This document shows, piece after piece, positions 38,005 to 48,500 of a stretch of DNA of 64,000 bases; the first letter of the stretch is position 1; each line of letters begins with the position of its first letter. The position numbers and the translations under genes were made by a program. This DNA comes from a virus, in the IMG/VR virus record IMGVR_UViG_3300042337_000070, positions 43,943 through 107,942 of that record. The stretch is one strand, 5' to 3'. The notes below the pieces were generated by a model. The model saw only the letters and a program-made list of their open reading frames with translations, searched no databases and had not been told where the DNA came from.

Positions 38005-39972
38005 TTATCTAAAGATTGCCACATGAATGTGCTTGGCAGGATATGTACCTGGACCGTTCCAGTAGTAGTAGAAATAACCCCACCACCAATACCACCACCA
38101 ATAGTTAGGTCCGCCCCAATGCCATGTGCATGATACTTCACAGAATGTAGTATGTAGCGTTCTGACAGTTAGCGATGTTCCTGATCCCCATCCAATTGTT
38201 CTAACTGGTGACTGAATACGGAAGAACTCTGGTGATGATGCTGTGCCTGTTACTGCATAGTTTGTATCAGGCATTTCAAAATCGAAGTTTAGTTGATAAC
38301 GGCCGTCACCAAGGTCTTCAACTGATGTGATGCCGCCGGCACCTCTGATTTGGGCTCGTTGAATATCACATGTACCGGTGAATGCCCAACCTGACGGGAC
38401 ATACCAACCATACACATAATACCACCACCACCACCAGAAGAACCAATACCAATAACCATAGTATCCGTATGTATTAGGATACTCACACTCAATATATCCT
38501 GATGCTTGATTTACTGTTGTAATCTTATATGTTCTAGGATATCCTAGACGACGATTGCCGATAGCGAGCCAACAGGCAAACTGGAAACTATATCCATCAG
38601 AATGACGACGAATAGTTCCATTGCCTGTACCCGCAATATAAATTGTTGATTGAACTTCTAGGTCATTGTTAGCAGGGTCGGTGACATCAACTCTGAGAAT
38701 GTTAGTGGTACCGTTTGCTGTGAATGTAAGACCTGTTAGTCCTGATGATGATGTTCCATCAAAGTTAACCCAGGCACGACATCCATAAACTGGTGATGGA
38801 TATCCATAACCAGAATCAAACTTAACGACACCGTTGGCATCAACAATAAGAGCATCTGCAATTTGATATGTTCCATCGTCTGCCTGTTTTAGAGTACCTG
38901 ATCCGAATGGAATACCATTAGCAGAATAGAAATATCCACCGTATCCCTTTTCAGAGAAACCTACAACACCGTTACCAGTATTAGCAGTACCAAATACACC
39001 ATTACCTTTTTGTGCTAGTGTAAAGATAGCGTCATTGTTTGCGGTTGCTTCTGCTTTTAGTGAGTGATTGTTTGCTGATCTAGCGTAAACACCATACCAG
39101 TTATTTGATGTTCCATAAACACCGTTTGCAGATAGATTTAGAGTTCCACCAAACATTGTATTAGATGTGAACAATCTACCGTTAAATATTGCTCCGTCTG
39201 TATTTGGAAGAGCATTGTTAGCCACATTAAATGCAGCATTAGCAACTCTAAAGGCACCGTTGCCTGTTGTATATCCAGAGTTTGCTACAATATAACCTGC
39301 ATTGATTGATGTATATGCCGAATTAACAACGGCGTAAGAGGTGTTGGTCTTAAAGGAAGCAGAGTTTAGATATCCATAAATTGCATTAGCTCTACTGAAA
39401 GATGCCTCTGCATTAGTTGCAACACCTAGAGCAAATGTATATGTACCTAGTGCAAGATCGTAGGCATCATTTGCTTTTGTATATGCTCTGTTGAGTTTTG
39501 CGGCTTGTTCTAATGCTGTAGCATTAACATCAGCGATAGTGTTTGCTAGATTAAAAGCTGCATTAGCAACGGTAAACGCTGCATTAGCTTTAGTATGAGC
39601 ATTAGCACTATTAAAGAAACTTCCATTAGCAAAATTGTATGCAGAATTGGCAATGATACCTGCATCATTGGCAGTGTTAGCGGCGCTGTTAGCAATTCTA
39701 ATGGCAGTCTGAGAAATGAGGATAAGATCATTTGCCTTATCAAAGGCTGCGTTTGCCGAATCAAATGCGGCCCCACCTAGTGTTAATAGATCGCCTGCAT
39801 ATGTTTCTAAATCTGTCTGTAGAGTTTCAACGTTAGCACTTAAGTTGGCCGCATGATCATATAGTTCGGTAAAGTTATTATTGGTCTTACGATAAGCCAC
39901 ACGAATTGTATCGCCTGTACCATCGTTTGGATTATTACCAGTGTTAATCGTTTCTTTTGAAAAATCTGCCAT
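38005..39972 (-). CDS. Fibre protein: gp9/gp10-type N-terminal motif, coiled-coil stalk, tip with Trp/Tyr-run loops
   Basis: INTG..PNDGTGD.IR.A..K.N.NF.ELY; AF..AN repeats; RAWVNFDG...GITSV.D.G.G.Y..NF...MPD.NYAV. Confidence 0.8.
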   Translation of the reverse strand: MADFSKETINTGNNPNDGTGDTIRVAYRKTNNNFTELYDHAANLSANVETLQTDLETYAGDLLTLGGAAFDSANAAFDKANDLILISQTAIRIANSAANTANDAGIIANSAYNFANGSFFNSANAHTKANAAFTVANAAFNLANTIADVNATALEQAAKLNRAYTKANDAYDLALGTYTFALGVATNAEASFSRANAIYGYLNSASFKTNTSYAVVNSAYTSINAGYIVANSGYTTGNGAFRVANAAFNVANNALPNTDGAIFNGRLFTSNTMFGGTLNLSANGVYGTSNNWYGVYARSANNHSLKAEATANNDAIFTLAQKGNGVFGTANTGNGVVGFSEKGYGGYFYSANGIPFGSGTLKQADDGTYQIADALIVDANGVVKFDSGYGYPSPVYGCRAWVNFDGTSSSGLTGLTFTANGTTNILRVDVTDPANNDLEVQSTIYIAGTGNGTIRRHSDGYSFQFACWLAIGNRRLGYPRTYKITTVNQASGYIECEYPNTYGYYGYWYWFFWWWWWYYVYGWYVPSGWAFTGTCDIQRAQIRGAGGITSVEDLGDGRYQLNFDFEMPDTNYAVTGTASSPEFFRIQSPVRTIGWGSGTSLTVRTLHTTFCEVSCTWHWGGPNYWWWYWWWGYFYYYWNGPGTYPAKHIHVAIFR

Positions 39973-40003
39973 TGATTTGCTATCCTGGAAAGTTCTATTC
40001 TAT

Positions 40004-41014
40004 TTATGTTTCGGTATCAGGTGACTCGGTTATAGTAACTGTATAGCCATAATCGTCTGTTGGTTGTGCATTAACTGGATCTGGTTCAATTTTAATTTCA
40101 GCCAATAGTAATGGGTTCAAATCAAATGAACTAATCTGACATACACCATTTGTCGATAGGGCCCTAATGGTATCGTTTGCCTTGAACTGTCCCTGTGTAG
40201 CACCTAGAACAAGTTTACCTGTATTAGCAGAGTAATTGACAACAATACCATAGGCATTTGCTGTATTATAACTTGTTCCTGTGAACACATAATCTTCTGC
40301 TTTAAAGTTACCATTTGCATTGATAACATTTAACTTAGTAATATATCCACCAGCATTAAGTGAAGGATCATTGTAAATGTTTGCATACACTGTGCGAATG
40401 ATCTTTGGATATGATATTGGACCATAGTAATGCATCTTCATGGTGAAGGTGAGAGTCCAATTAACATATCTTACCGAATCAAAGTTACCTTCATACTCGA
40501 TATCATTAGCGACTGAGTTTAGAATAATAGGAATGTCTTTGATCGCACCTAAATCTGGAATCATATTCGTTGTAACGGTGAAATCTGGATTGAAGAACGG
40601 AAGAATCTGTTCAACAATATGTGTGCCGTCGTCAATATTACGAGCAAAGATATTCAAAGCAAATGTAACATCATATGGCACGCCCATATATGAGGCTGTT
40701 ACATGAGTTGACGTATTTGATCTGGCTGCTCTGAGCATAGAATTTTGTTTACGAGTTGAATCGTAAGAGATGCCAGTAATTTCAAACGCCATGCGTGGCA
40801 AAATCTGTCCGACGCTTTTGAGCAAATCTGGATCAGAGAATAGACGAGTAACCATCTTTTCTTTAGGTGAATAGATGATAGGAACCAAAAAGCGTCCTGT
40901 CTCTTTACCTGTCTGATCGTTCTTACGAATGATTGTAATGTCGTCAAACAAACGTCCAAATAGAACAACTGCTTTTCTTGTTAGTTGGTGATAGAAATGA
41001 CTGTTATCTAACAT
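40004..41014 (-). CDS. 15: Tail sheath stabiliser gp15
   Basis: FYH...RK.V.LFG.LF, VPI.Y.PKEK, LPRM.FE, EQILPFF.P. Confidence 0.93.
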   Translation of the reverse strand: MLDNSHFYHQLTRKAVVLFGRLFDDITIIRKNDQTGKETGRFLVPIIYSPKEKMVTRLFSDPDLLKSVGQILPRMAFEITGISYDSTRKQNSMLRAARSNTSTHVTASYMGVPYDVTFALNIFARNIDDGTHIVEQILPFFNPDFTVTTNMIPDLGAIKDIPIILNSVANDIEYEGNFDSVRYVNWTLTFTMKMHYYGPISYPKIIRTVYANIYNDPSLNAGGYITKLNVINANGNFKAEDYVFTGTSYNTANAYGIVVNYSANTGKLVLGATQGQFKANDTIRALSTNGVCQISSFDLNPLLLAEIKIEPDPVNAQPTDDYGYTVTITESPDTET

Positions 41015-41913
41015 TATGGTGTTCCAAACGGATTGCTTTCAGACAAGTCAAGAATACCGTCTGCCTCAGTCTTGAGGATCTGATTATCATAATCATCATA
41101 TGGGTTGAAATCTGTCTTATCATCATAAGAGATAGAGCGGAAGTCTGCATGAGAAACATTACCATACACATTAGCGTTTGCTCTAAACTGACCTACAACG
41201 TTGTGAACGAATAGAGCACCGTTTGCTTTATAATACTCAGAAACGGTTGCATATGCAAAGTTGTTTGCCCAAGTGCCATCTGTTGACTGATATACAACTT
41301 CTCCATCAAAGTAGTTTTGTTGAGCAAGATTGTATGCTGTATTACCGAGCATAATACGAGTTTTATATTGCACTTCTTCCGCAACTTGATCAATTTCATC
41401 AATACCTGTATTGATTTCTTCTTGACTATAACGGAATGCTTCACAACGCATTTCATATACAAATGGAAGACGGTTGCCAAGTGAATGAAACATAAGTTCC
41501 TGTTCAATAAACTTTATCTCAACCAAACTTTGTAATACAGGAATATATAACAAATCGCCCTCTTGCGGGCGCTGTCTAATAGTTGTTGGAAGCACTTTCT
41601 TGAATGCTCTTAGTGAGATAACAAGATTAGATGTTTCTCTAATCTCTAGTCCAAATTTAGAGAAGAAATCGTTGTCGCCTTCAAATCCTTCAAAACTACC
41701 TAAGTAGGCTTCAATTAGGTAGGCTTTCTCAAATCTAGATTTACTGTATTCACCAAAGATCATATCACCTTCATCAAATGATTCTCTGGGAATGTAGTAG
41801 ACGTTATGTCCCATAATCTGAATAGACTCAACAATAACGTCTTCCATGAGACGATATTCATTATTGAATCTATTCTGATTAGGGAAGTTATTGAAGTATC
41901 CGGATACGGCCAT
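41014..41913 (-). CDS. 14: Neck protein gp14
   Basis: ESIQ..G....YIPR, FSKFGLEI, RPQEGDL.Y.P, E.NPFG. Confidence 0.93.
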   Translation of the reverse strand: MAVSGYFNNFPNQNRFNNEYRLMEDVIVESIQIMGHNVYYIPRESFDEGDMIFGEYSKSRFEKAYLIEAYLGSFEGFEGDNDFFSKFGLEIRETSNLVISLRAFKKVLPTTIRQRPQEGDLLYIPVLQSLVEIKFIEQELMFHSLGNRLPFVYEMRCEAFRYSQEEINTGIDEIDQVAEEVQYKTRIMLGNTAYNLAQQNYFDGEVVYQSTDGTWANNFAYATVSEYYKANGALFVHNVVGQFRANANVYGNVSHADFRSISYDDKTDFNPYDDYDNQILKTEADGILDLSESNPFGTP

Positions 41914-41914
41914 T

Positions 41915-42664
41915 TTATCCTACCAGAAAACCAGGAGGGGCTTCGTATGTATTTCTAATCTCTTGTTCTACGGCTGCAATCTCATTCATGGCTTCCGAAT
42001 AGATATCAGAGCCACGCATGGTGACACCACCGGGTAGTTGCATCTTATCAAACTTTGACATGTTAGCACCCCACTGTTTCTTTACGTAAGCAGTGGCTAA
42101 CCTTTTAAGCATACGATCATTCCAAACTTTTGTATATGTTGTTGGATCGGTAATAACAAACCCTTCAACAATAATAAACTCACCATCATCGACATCTGAA
42201 TCCCAATCCCAATCGATATAGAATTTGTTTGTTAGACGATTGAATCTAACAGGTGTTTCTCCTGTAAAGATTAGGTCTAGAGTTTGTAGGTGCTGCATGG
42301 TCAATGAATAGTTGACATAAGATGTAGAAGACAAATCCCATAGATCGTTTAGTCGTAGCTGATAGCGTAGATCAAACATATTCATCGCCGTTTTACCTAC
42401 ACCGACTTTGAATACTCTTGTTGCACCTATTAGACCATCGCTAACCGTAATGTAACGATTGATTTTGTCTTGTGCTGTTACTTGATGCTTAACGTATGTT
42501 CGTTCAGTTCCGTTAAAATGAAACTCATTCCAATATTCAAAAGCCATTTCAACAGCATCGTTTACCTGCTCATCATCAACATTAATCTGAATAACAGGAT
42601 GACCCAACTGTCTAAGACAGAAGTCCTTTAGTTCTTCACGATTTGCTGGTTGAGTTATTGACAT
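41915..42664 (-). CDS. 13: Neck protein gp13
   Basis: LKDFCLRQLGHPVIQINVD, KKQWG.N..KF...LPGGVT. Confidence 0.94.
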   Translation of the reverse strand: MSITQPANREELKDFCLRQLGHPVIQINVDDEQVNDAVEMAFEYWNEFHFNGTERTYVKHQVTAQDKINRYITVSDGLIGATRVFKVGVGKTAMNMFDLRYQLRLNDLWDLSSTSYVNYSLTMQHLQTLDLIFTGETPVRFNRLTNKFYIDWDWDSDVDDGEFIIVEGFVITDPTTYTKVWNDRMLKRLATAYVKKQWGANMSKFDKMQLPGGVTMRGSDIYSEAMNEIAAVEQEIRNTYEAPPGFLVG

Positions 42665-42685
42665 TGAATATCCTTATTCTTCTTA

Positions 42686-42693
42686 TATTTAGT
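42686..42693 (-). promoter_or_regulatory. Late promoter for gp13
   Basis: ACTAAATA. Confidence 0.55.
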
Positions 42694-42698
42694 TACCG

Positions 42699-43157
42699 TT
42701 AGATATAAACAGGCATAGAAACAGGTACCATGTTCTGAGCATTCACATCAAATTCAATAACAGCATTTGCAAACGATCTAAACTCGTTTATGCTATTGAA
42801 TGTGTGTGTCTGTAGATCGGCACCGACCCAATCAAACGTGGATGCCCCACCAGGAAACGTGCCATTCAAAGTATGATACATTAGAATAGAGTTAATTCTC
42901 TGTTGTGTATCCGGTCCATAAGCATATACACCTGTAATACTTGGATTTGTATTAGATACGATTTCCATGAACATAGGTGGAAAGTAAGGGATAGGTTCTG
43001 GGTCTAGTGGTGTATTTCCTTCTGCTCTCCATGCCATATACTCGGCCCATTCATCGATAAACTCTGGACCAATGATCATATTATCTGCTAGACGAACAAC
43101 AGCATCAGTATCAAATCTTGCCTGATATCCTGTCAATCCAGTTGGTGTATTCGCCAT
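42699..43157 (-). CDS. Tail-fibre assembly-like protein
   Basis: V.R..D...I......W.EY.AW.AEGNTP. Confidence 0.55.
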   Translation of the reverse strand: MANTPTGLTGYQARFDTDAVVRLADNMIIGPEFIDEWAEYMAWRAEGNTPLDPEPIPYFPPMFMEIVSNTNPSITGVYAYGPDTQQRINSILMYHTLNGTFPGGASTFDWVGADLQTHTFNSINEFRSFANAVIEFDVNAQNMVPVSMPVYI

Positions 43158-43171
43158 ATTTACACTTCCTT

Positions 43172-43762
43172 TTAGTTCCACCCGTAAAGGGATATTGTTC
43201 CTGATGATAAGTTACCTGCTGATGCGGCAATAACGATACCCTGAACTGTCAGAGTACCGTCGTTTGTAGAATCGTTATAGAATCCTCCGCCTATATTTAT
43301 TCCGTTGTATCCGGATGAATACATGTATCCGTGCATATTCAACTCATAGTTCTTTAGAAGAATGTTACGTCTACAATCATAAATTTTGAAACTTCCCGAA
43401 ATACCGCCACCAGCATAGTTTACAAAATGACCCGGATAGGTCAGAGGAATATAGTTATAGTTTCCACCGTAGTTGATACCACTATTGTTACTCAATAGAG
43501 AATATAAAGAATTGTAATAATAGTTATCCGTCTGAGTTACATTGTTTGTAACTAGAAATGCTTGTAAAGTTACTGATTGAGAAACAGGCACAACATTCCG
43601 AAAGACAACCTCATAATGTATAAAAGAACTGCTTGTGTTTAGACTAACGGAAGCAGAATTGTTTAAAACGGTGTCGGATATAAACTGTCTGTTACCATCT
43701 GCCGTTGTCTGAATAGATGAATCGGGGAATAAGATTCCACTGTCATTTAGTGTTATTGGCAT
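43172..43762 (-). CDS. Small tail-tip/adhesin paralog 3
   Basis: GILFPDSSIQTTA ... GNLSSGTISLYGWN. Confidence 0.7.
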   Translation of the reverse strand: MPITLNDSGILFPDSSIQTTADGNRQFISDTVLNNSASVSLNTSSSFIHYEVVFRNVVPVSQSVTLQAFLVTNNVTQTDNYYYNSLYSLLSNNSGINYGGNYNYIPLTYPGHFVNYAGGGISGSFKIYDCRRNILLKNYELNMHGYMYSSGYNGINIGGGFYNDSTNDGTLTVQGIVIAASAGNLSSGTISLYGWN

Positions 43763-44343
43763 TAGTTATATCCATATACTTTGATTGTGCCTGATGAAAT
43801 GTTACCGCTACTCATGTAATACTGAAATCCTTGAACAACTCCTGTTGATCCGATGTAAGTGCTACCAAATGTGTCCCTTACATTGATGGCCGCCGCATAT
43901 TGCTGCCCATTTTGTGTACCTGTCAATCTTTTATAGTTTGAACTATTGGCATTCCAAATGGTAACAACACCATCAATATTACCTTGATTGTAAACATATC
44001 CTGTGTTTGACAATGGTATATAAGATAAGTTACCACCATAATAACGAGATGCGGCACCAGCAATAGTAAAACTATAAGTCTGCCAGTGAGAGTTGTAATA
44101 TGTACCTGTTGCCCAGGCATCAGCAATTCTGAATTGCATTCTAGCAGATACAGAATTGGTAACAGGAATGATTGTCGTCATAACTATCTCATAGTTATTG
44201 TAACTTGAACTGAAACCTGTATATGATAATGCTGCTGAGTTTGATGCTGTCAGGGTTGCTAAAAGAACTCTTGTTCCTCTGGCTTTTGTTTGTGTCGTGT
44301 TATCAGGATATGTTATACCTGTGCTTATTAATGAGGTTGCCAT
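43762..44343 (-). CDS. Small tail-tip/adhesin paralog 2
   Basis: GITYPDNTTQTKA ... GNISSGTIKVYGYN. Confidence 0.7.
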   Translation of the reverse strand: MATSLISTGITYPDNTTQTKARGTRVLLATLTASNSAALSYTGFSSSYNNYEIVMTTIIPVTNSVSARMQFRIADAWATGTYYNSHWQTYSFTIAGAASRYYGGNLSYIPLSNTGYVYNQGNIDGVVTIWNANSSNYKRLTGTQNGQQYAAAINVRDTFGSTYIGSTGVVQGFQYYMSSGNISSGTIKVYGYN

Positions 44344-44913
44344 TTAGTTCCATCCGTAGATATCAAGTGAACCAGAAATAATACTGCCACCTGTAGGAAC
44401 AAGTTGAAATCCGTCTAGTGCAGATTGATTAGTGAGCCAAGAATTTCCTAGTATTAGCGTTACGTTATATCCTGAGGTAAAATAAAACCCTGTGACATGA
44501 ACAAAAGAATGCTTGTAAGTATTGGTTGTTCTACAATTAGTAAACTGAATAGTTCCGCTTATACCACTGTTTGTGGCATTGTATGTGTATGGATCAATGA
44601 TGCCATATGAAGTCTGTCCACCAATGGTGGCACCATTGAGAACATTGTGCCAATACAATCCTGCATTAACGTATCCTGAGGATTGATACACGCTTCCGAT
44701 ATAGTAACGAAGACATGTATAGTATCCGCTTGTTACCATGATGTTGTTCAACACCACATCATAGTGATTATATGTGTCGCTAAAATCTGTAAAGTTAAGA
44801 GAAGCAGAATTTGACGCTGTTAAAGACGATATGTATTGTCTCTTGCCTCGGGCGGAACTTTGCCAGCTGTTATCTGGAAAAATTAAACCCGAGTCATTTA
44901 TTGTAGTTGCCAA
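44344..44913 (-). CDS. Small tail-tip/adhesin paralog 1 (TTG start)
   Basis: GLIFPDNSWQSSA ... SGSLDIYGWN; AGGAG RBS. Confidence 0.7.
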   Translation of the reverse strand: MATTINDSGLIFPDNSWQSSARGKRQYISSLTASNSASLNFTDFSDTYNHYDVVLNNIMVTSGYYTCLRYYIGSVYQSSGYVNAGLYWHNVLNGATIGGQTSYGIIDPYTYNATNSGISGTIQFTNCRTTNTYKHSFVHVTGFYFTSGYNVTLILGNSWLTNQSALDGFQLVPTGGSIISGSLDIYGWN

Positions 44914-44928
44914 ATTCTGCTCCTAAAC

Positions 44929-45105
44929 TTAATTGATTATTTTATCAGATAGAGGACCTTGAGGTGCTTGCTGAACCTGACGGTCTGCCTGCTGACGAAC
45001 AACATTAAAAGTCTCTAAACTAATTTCTAGAGGTAGCTTAGCAAGACCTGCTAGAACTGTGTTTAGCTGATTCAAAGTCACTTCAATCTTAATAGTATTT
45101 TCCAT
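44929..45105 (-). CDS. Hypothetical protein (58 aa)
   Basis: Manual ORF MENTIKIEVTLNQLNTVLAGLAKLP...; AAGGAG RBS. Confidence 0.65.
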   Translation of the reverse strand: MENTIKIEVTLNQLNTVLAGLAKLPLEISLETFNVVRQQADRQVQQAPQGPLSDKIIN

Positions 45106-45118
45106 GATTATTCACTCC

Positions 45119-45517
45119 TTAGGTATTAGCAGTGTTGGCTGCTACATTTGCTGTTTCGGTTACTGGTTCGGATACAGTTTCAACCGGTGCCCATGGTAGA
45201 GGGGCATCTATAATAGGATTCTTAGCATCATTGATCTGCTTTAGAATCTGTCCGTTAACATGTTCTTCATACGAATCGACAACAATTGCCTTGATCCATG
45301 AAAGAACATCTGCCTCAGTTAGTTGTTCAAATGGAATAAAAGTTACCCCTGCTGGCATTGATTCTGCCGAGAAAGGTGTGGCACCGTTGAATGTACCTAC
45401 GTTCCCATTCTCGTCTTCACCAATTTTTCTCCAGTAAGTCTGAACAACTACGTTTGGTGTATTATTTAGGGTAGTGGTTCTGATACCAAATACTTCCCAT
45501 GTGTATGTGATAGCCAT
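45119..45517 (-). CDS. Tail-associated hypothetical protein
   Basis: ITYTW, FIPFEQLTE..V..W, LPW motifs. Confidence 0.7.
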   Translation of the reverse strand: MAITYTWEVFGIRTTTLNNTPNVVVQTYWRKIGEDENGNVGTFNGATPFSAESMPAGVTFIPFEQLTEADVLSWIKAIVVDSYEEHVNGQILKQINDAKNPIIDAPLPWAPVETVSEPVTETANVAANTANT

Positions 45518-45542
45518 AATATATCTCCTTTATATGACTTTC

Positions 45543-45550
45543 TATTTAGT
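45543..45550 (-). promoter_or_regulatory. Late promoter
   Basis: ACTAAATA. Confidence 0.55.
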
Positions 45551-45560
45551 GTATCCATAG

Positions 45561-48500
45561 TTATGGATGAGAACTCTTGTATTGATCAAACTCATTCTTC
45601 AAACTATCTAGTTTAGCAGAAAGTTCTTGGACTGCTTTTGTTAATGCGGCTGTTAGTTTTGGATAATCAACCGATAGTGTATCGTCGGAATTAATGCCGA
45701 TAACTTCTGGTATAACTTGCTGAACTTCCTGAGCGCCAAAACCAATTTCTCTCTGAGCACCAAATCGCACATGATCTTTCCATTTATACGAAATAGGATT
45801 TAGTTGAAGTATTGCAGCCAAACCATAAGTTATTGGTTCAATATTAGTTTTTAAAGTCAAATCTGAAGCCGTGTTTACTAGCTGTCCGCCGGAATCTGAG
45901 TAAACAAGTCTATTACCTGTACCAGTCAAAGCAGTGCCAACAGTCATTAGTGCGGTACCAGCAAAGTTTCTGAAATAGTGGCCGCCAGCATCATAGAAAT
46001 GTCCGCCGCCGGCGTTAAAGTCTAGCGTTAAATTGCCGGCAATACCTTGTATGGCTGCGGATGTTAATCCAGCAGTGCCGTTAACAACAGCAATTTTTGC
46101 ACCAGGAGCTCCAGCATTGACGCCAACTCTTCCATTTGTTGTCACACGCATAACTTCTGCGTTATTAGCAGAAAGCAATAAAGGAGCATCTCTGGTACTA
46201 TTTACAGTTGTTGATGAAGTTGTCGTCTGTATTCTGAAATATTCTGTATTGTTCACTGCTATAGAATAAATGCCACCCGTTGATCCGTTTGTGGTAACCC
46301 ATCCATATCCAGAAGAAGAGAATGGTGAAGATGTACCAATACCTAGATTATTAACAATATACAATGAACCATTGAGAGTGCTAAGATTTCCAGGTGTTGC
46401 TAGTTGAAGTCTATAGGTGTTAACACCATCTGACCAACCACCAATCTTGAATATGTTATCTGTATCAAGACCCATGTTGATAGCATAGGCGCCTGCTCTA
46501 TGAAATGTCATGACAGCAGGAGCAGTTGTAGAACCTCTTGCAGAATATGAACCAGAATCATTTGAAACAGATACGTTAGCAACGGATGCAGTTCTACCAA
46601 TTATAAGTCCAGTTGCAGTTAGTCCAGCAAATGTTGGTGCTGCTGTAGTAGCAACATCTTGACCAATAGCAATAGTCCATGATCTATTAGCAGTAAGATC
46701 AAGAGAACCAGAAGATGTTACAGTAACACCGGTACCTTGAACAATACCAATTGTTCTTCCTGTAGGCACAGCACCAATAGAGTTATGTGAAATAGTTACA
46801 GCAGCAGAACCATTGTAAGTTGTTCCTGATGCAGAACCTGATCCACCATTGTTGATAGTCAAAGCATTGGTCACTGATGATGCAGAACCAACGATGTTCA
46901 TTGTCTGTCCGCTAATGAAAGATGCTACTTTTGCAGCACTAGCAGAGCGGTGATAGTTATCACCAAACTTGGCTACGATGTTAGAAATCGTTCCCGCATT
47001 AACATCGTCTGTAGTATTGATATAATTTGAGAAAATGTAACCATTAGCATCTCTGGCAACAATAGTAGATGCACCAGCAGCACTAGATGCATTTAGACCG
47101 TCAAGTAAGTCAGCATCTAGGCCTGATCCCGATCCATCACTTAGTTCTGTCCAAATCTTATATTCGGTTACATCAATATAAGTTCCTGTTGGTGCTGTAG
47201 CGCCATTGTTTGTGCCGCTGTGTGTCCAACTAGTACCATTGTGTGAAATCTCATAAAACGATGTACCAGAATTTGTTCCAAAATTGGCATGAACAACATA
47301 ACTTGTGGTGCTGGATTGAACAATTCTAATTGTTGTAGGTGCGTTAGTATTAGGACCAAACGTAAAGGCATAAGCATCGCCATAGAATCCACCAACATTA
47401 CTAATTCCATTTGATGTTTTAAAGTATAGTTCTGTAATCTGATTCTGACTGTTAAGTGCGTTATAACCATTGAGAGCATTAATTTTGATCTTGAGAACGT
47501 CACCGTCTTGGGTACAAGCAAAGGTGCCTAGATTGACCCATCCTGTTGCTCCAGCTGTATTAGGTATTGGATAGCGTTGAATATAAGAAGATGCGGATAA
47601 TCCGTTAAGATACGTTGCGTTATTTGCTGATCCGGTAACACTAATACCCCATGTTCCAGATGCACCCGTACCAGTTAGAGTTGGTGCATAAGAGTTATAA
47701 TTAGCTGTATGAAGTAATATAGAAGATGCGCCAGTGGCGCATGATGCAAGATCAAGATATCCTCCACGAGCGGTGCCGCCACCTTCGAAAATACGAATTA
47801 TAGAACCGATTGTATCAATAGTAACATTACCAGAAAGAGTTGAGTTGTTTGCTTTTTCTAGAGAAAATTCTCCACCTTCGGTAGTATCATTTTGTCTACG
47901 AAAAGATAATCCGGCAGCAACGCTATGTAACACTGACATGGATTGCGGATTGAGATAATAACCGGTATCATTACTATCATAATAATATGGAGAATACATA
48001 TTGCCAGCCGCAGTTAAATTACCACCAAAAACAGCATCATTATTTGTTAGATTGATATATAATGGCCACTGACTATTTACTTGAGTCATCGTCTCAGTGT
48101 CGCCAGTACCTCTCAGAATATAAAAGAAGTTGGAGTTACAATGTAGCGCCGCTGTTGTTCCATCAGTATCACGTAAGAAAATTGATGGCGAGGCGCCTCT
48201 CAACACAAATACGTTATTGTCCCAACGAACATTAGCATCATCAGAATCATAAAAGATAGGAGCTCTAACAGAAGCATTAGAATAAATTATGCCTGCCGCA
48301 GAGATACCTTGTTGTGCAGCAACGAAACCAATTGAAGATGCGTTTATACTATGTGGATTATATGTGAGAGGTGAATCTCCAGCAAACAAAGATCCGTCTG
48401 CTTGAACAGACATTTGTCCTGGTCCAGAAGCAAATGTGAATAGTTGTGATCCTGCACCGCCTGAATATAGCATACCTGTTACTGAGTTAGCACCAGATAT

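Noticed and set aside
38050-38475. DGR variable region explaining the W/Y-rich tip
   Set aside because: No reverse transcriptase or template repeat seen in the window; TGG runs do not derive from AAY codons
38289-38492. Alternative-frame Gly-rich ORF (GSSGGGGG)
   Set aside because: Automatic shifted reading of TGG repeats; the main frame is continuous through conserved motifs
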